Positions 61,643 through 64,000 of a DNA stretch of 64,000 nt are shown one piece after another (position 1 is the stretch's first letter; every line of letters starts with the position of its first letter). Below the pieces are notes generated by a model that was given only the letters and a program-made list of their open reading frames with translations, ran no database searches and was not told the origin of the DNA. This DNA is from Alphaproteobacteria bacterium (GTDB taxonomy: Bacteria; Pseudomonadota; Alphaproteobacteria; MPNO01; UBA830): contig OZ251539.1 of NCBI GenBank assembly GCA_965243135.1, forward strand, positions 672,001 through 736,000, written 5' to 3'. The position numbers and the translations under genes are program-made.

Positions 61643-62778
61643 TCTTTTTCCTCCAGCGCCCGCCTGATCAGCGCCCTGTAGACCCGCGCCATCGCGACCA
61701 GATCGGAAATCAGAACGCGCTCCTCGTTCGAGTGGAACTGGCCGACCTCGCCCGGTCCGAGCATGACGGACTCGATCCCGAGACGGCCGAAATATCCCGC
61801 GTCGAGAGCGAAGCTGCAGGCTCTGGTTTCGGCGACGCCCAGCCCGGCGTCGGCATACGCCTGGTCGAGCAGGGTCATCAGCGGTCCGTTGTCCGCGACT
61901 TCGTTGGGATACATGAACGCTCCGCATCGGCACGACACTTCCCACGGACCGTCCGACGGCAACGCCGCGGCTACGGTCCGGAAGACGGATTCGGGATTCT
62001 CGCCCGGCAGCAGCCGCCGGTCGAACGTCATCTCGACCAGATCCTGGACGGTATGGGTCGCTTCCGGGAAGCTGCGGATGGAAGTCGGAGTGAGGGTGGC
62101 CGAGCCGAGGACGAGATCCTCGGCGGTTTCGAGAGCCAGCAGCGCCTCGAGACATTGTTGCGCGCCCTCGATGGCGTCGACGCCGTTCCACGGCATGCTG
62201 GAATGGCTCGATTTGCCGCGCACGGAGACTTCTATGTCGATCCGGCCCTTGTTGCTCGATCCCACCTTGTTTCCGGTGCCGAGGCACACGATCGCGTAGT
62301 CGGGCTTGCGGCCGATGCCCTTCATCACGCGCGCGGCCGCGTCGTGGCGTCCGGTCTCTCCCGCGGTCAGCAGCGCGAATATCAAACGGCCCGGCAGATC
62401 GCCTTTCGCCGCGTCGGCGACCGCGCCGAGCGCCGCGGCGAGGGCCGTCTTCTGTTCCGCCACGCCGCGACCGCGCACGGCCGGACCGTTTTTGGTCTTG
62501 ACGAGCGCGGCCGCGAACGGATCGGTCATGCCCGCCGCAGGATGGGTCATGGCGTAGGTCGCGAACATGATCGAGCGTTTCGCGTCTCGCGGTCCGAGAT
62601 CGAGGATCAGGTTTCCCATCCTGTCGAGCCGAACCGGTCCGATCTCGCGAGCCAGCGGCGCGACGCATTCGCTGACGAAGGCCCTGACCTCGGGATCCTT
62701 TTCCTGCAGCTCCGTCTGTTGACTCGGGTAGCGCACGAAGCGTTGCAGCCACGAGACCAGCGTCCGTTCGGAAATCAA
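61639..62778 (-). CDS. M20 family peptidase/deacylase-like protein (atypical metal ligands)
   Basis: GNLI, GRGVAEQK, AGET, GKSSHSS.PW.G.DAI, DRRLLPGE, GPG...H..EE; the usual GHxD reads YAMTH. TTG start. Confidence 0.82.
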   Translation of the reverse strand: MISERTLVSWLQRFVRYPSQQTELQEKDPEVRAFVSECVAPLAREIGPVRLDRMGNLILDLGPRDAKRSIMFATYAMTHPAAGMTDPFAAALVKTKNGPAVRGRGVAEQKTALAAALGAVADAAKGDLPGRLIFALLTAGETGRHDAAARVMKGIGRKPDYAIVCLGTGNKVGSSNKGRIDIEVSVRGKSSHSSMPWNGVDAIEGAQQCLEALLALETAEDLVLGSATLTPTSIRSFPEATHTVQDLVEMTFDRRLLPGENPESVFRTVAAALPSDGPWEVSCRCGAFMYPNEVADNGPLMTLLDQAYADAGLGVAETRACSFALDAGYFGRLGIESVMLGPGEVGQFHSNEERVLISDLVAMARVYRALIRRALEEKE

Positions 62779-62792
62779 GGCGGCGTCTCCCG

Positions 62793-64000
62793 TCAGAAGC
62801 CGAACAGCACGTCCGGCAGCCAGGTCGCGGCTTTCGGATACAGCGCGACCAGCGCGAGCGTCAGCAGCTGCGCGACGACGTAGGGCGCCACGCCGCGGTA
62901 CATGTCGCCGTAGGTGATTTCCCGGGGCGCGATGGAACGGAGATAGAAGATCGAAGGCGCCATCGGCGGCGTCAGGTAGGACGTCTGGAGAATGATGCAC
63001 ACCATGACGCCGAACCAGAGCGGGTCGATCTCCGCGCCCCTGATGATCGGATCGGCGATCGGCAGCACGATGATGAGGACGGAAATCCAGTCCAGAATGA
63101 AGCCCAGAATGAAGACCACCACCAGGAAGGCGATGACGATTTCCACCTGGCCGAATCCCTGGCCCTCGATGATGCCGGAAACCAGTTCGTCGCCGCCTTG
63201 AACGATGAACGCGCTGGCGAACAGGACGCCGCCCACCACGATCAGCATCACCATGGACGTGATCTTGATGGTCTGGGTCAGCGCCTCTTTCAGAACGGAA
63301 AAGGAGAAACCGCCGTAGGCGACGCTGAGCAGGACGGAGCCGAAAGCGCCGACGGCCGCCGCTTCGGTCGGCGCGGCGATACCGGCGAAGATGCTGCCGA
63401 GCACTGCGAGGACGAGGAGGGCGGCGGGCAGCAGCGCGGTGGCCGCCAGACGGAGTTTTTCTCCCAGGGAGTAGGAGATTTCCGACGGTTCGAGGCCCGG
63501 GCCGGCGTCCGGCTGCAGCGTGCAGCGCCCCACGATGTAGAGGAGAAAGAGGGCGACCATGACGCCCGCCGGGATCACGATGCCGGCGAACAGGTCGCCA
63601 ACCGACATTTCCGTGATCGAGGCGTAGACGATGATCACCACCGAAGGCGGAATGGTCGTGCCGAGCGACCCGCCCGCGCAGACCGTGCCGGCCGCGAGAT
63701 CCTTGCGGTACCCCGCTCCGAGCATCGCCGGTATCGCCATGATGCCGACCACGATCTCCACTGCGCCGACAACGCCGGACGAAGCCGCGAAGATCCCGCA
63801 CATGACGATGGTGGTGATCCCGAGGCCGCCGCGAAGCGGACCGAACCAGATCTTGATGGCCTCGAACAGCCTGGCGGCGATGCCCGCCCGTTCCAGCATC
63901 GCGCCCATGAAGACGAAGAGCGGTATCGCGGCAAGGATGAAGTTCGACGAGACGTCGAACAGGCGGCTGTGAAACTGGGTCGGCAGCGTCATGCCGAATT
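62793..64000 (-). CDS. dctM: TRAP transporter large permease (5' truncated by the window end)
   Basis: LAAIPLFVFMG, GGSLG..IPPS, PTEAAAVG, LTPP. Confidence 0.92.
   Translation of the reverse strand, partial: FGMTLPTQFHSRLFDVSSNFILAAIPLFVFMGAMLERAGIAARLFEAIKIWFGPLRGGLGITTIVMCGIFAASSGVVGAVEIVVGIMAIPAMLGAGYRKDLAAGTVCAGGSLGTTIPPSVVIIVYASITEMSVGDLFAGIVIPAGVMVALFLLYIVGRCTLQPDAGPGLEPSEISYSLGEKLRLAATALLPAALLVLAVLGSIFAGIAAPTEAAAVGAFGSVLLSVAYGGFSFSVLKEALTQTIKITSMVMLIVVGGVLFASAFIVQGGDELVSGIIEGQGFGQVEIVIAFLVVVFILGFILDWISVLIIVLPIADPIIRGAEIDPLWFGVMVCIILQTSYLTPPMAPSIFYLRSIAPREITYGDMYRGVAPYVVAQLLTLALVALYPKAATWLPDVLFGF

Overview
GC-rich bacterial window, probably Alphaproteobacteria; the host-associated lifestyle is inferred from the gene types and extensive decay. 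It alternates intact catabolic/transport genes (pyrC, mmsA, PQQ sugar dehydrogenase, F420-type LLM, 2OG oxygenase, MetE-like, Rieske oxygenase, Bug/TRAP transporters, BisC-like Mo enzyme, M24 peptidase + E1a/E1b/E2, UbiD-like, acyl-CoA ligase) with many defence/TA/mobile loci, several of them decayed. Two signals stand out. (1) A four-gene operon at 17913-23013 with its own near-consensus sigma70 promoter: a hypothetical protein, a DUF2791/BrxD-like ATPase with degenerate Walker motifs, an intact DUF2791/BrxD-like ATPase, and a SNF2 helicase. It follows recD2, has no other BREX genes, and is a candidate undescribed defence system. (2) A distinctive decay signature: one of two copies of the same IS differs from the intact copy by six separate deletions, all 5-6 bp, four of them at or next to TCGA. 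Similar short gaps appear to remove catalytic residues in other loci. All family assignments come from motif recognition by eye; no database search was run.
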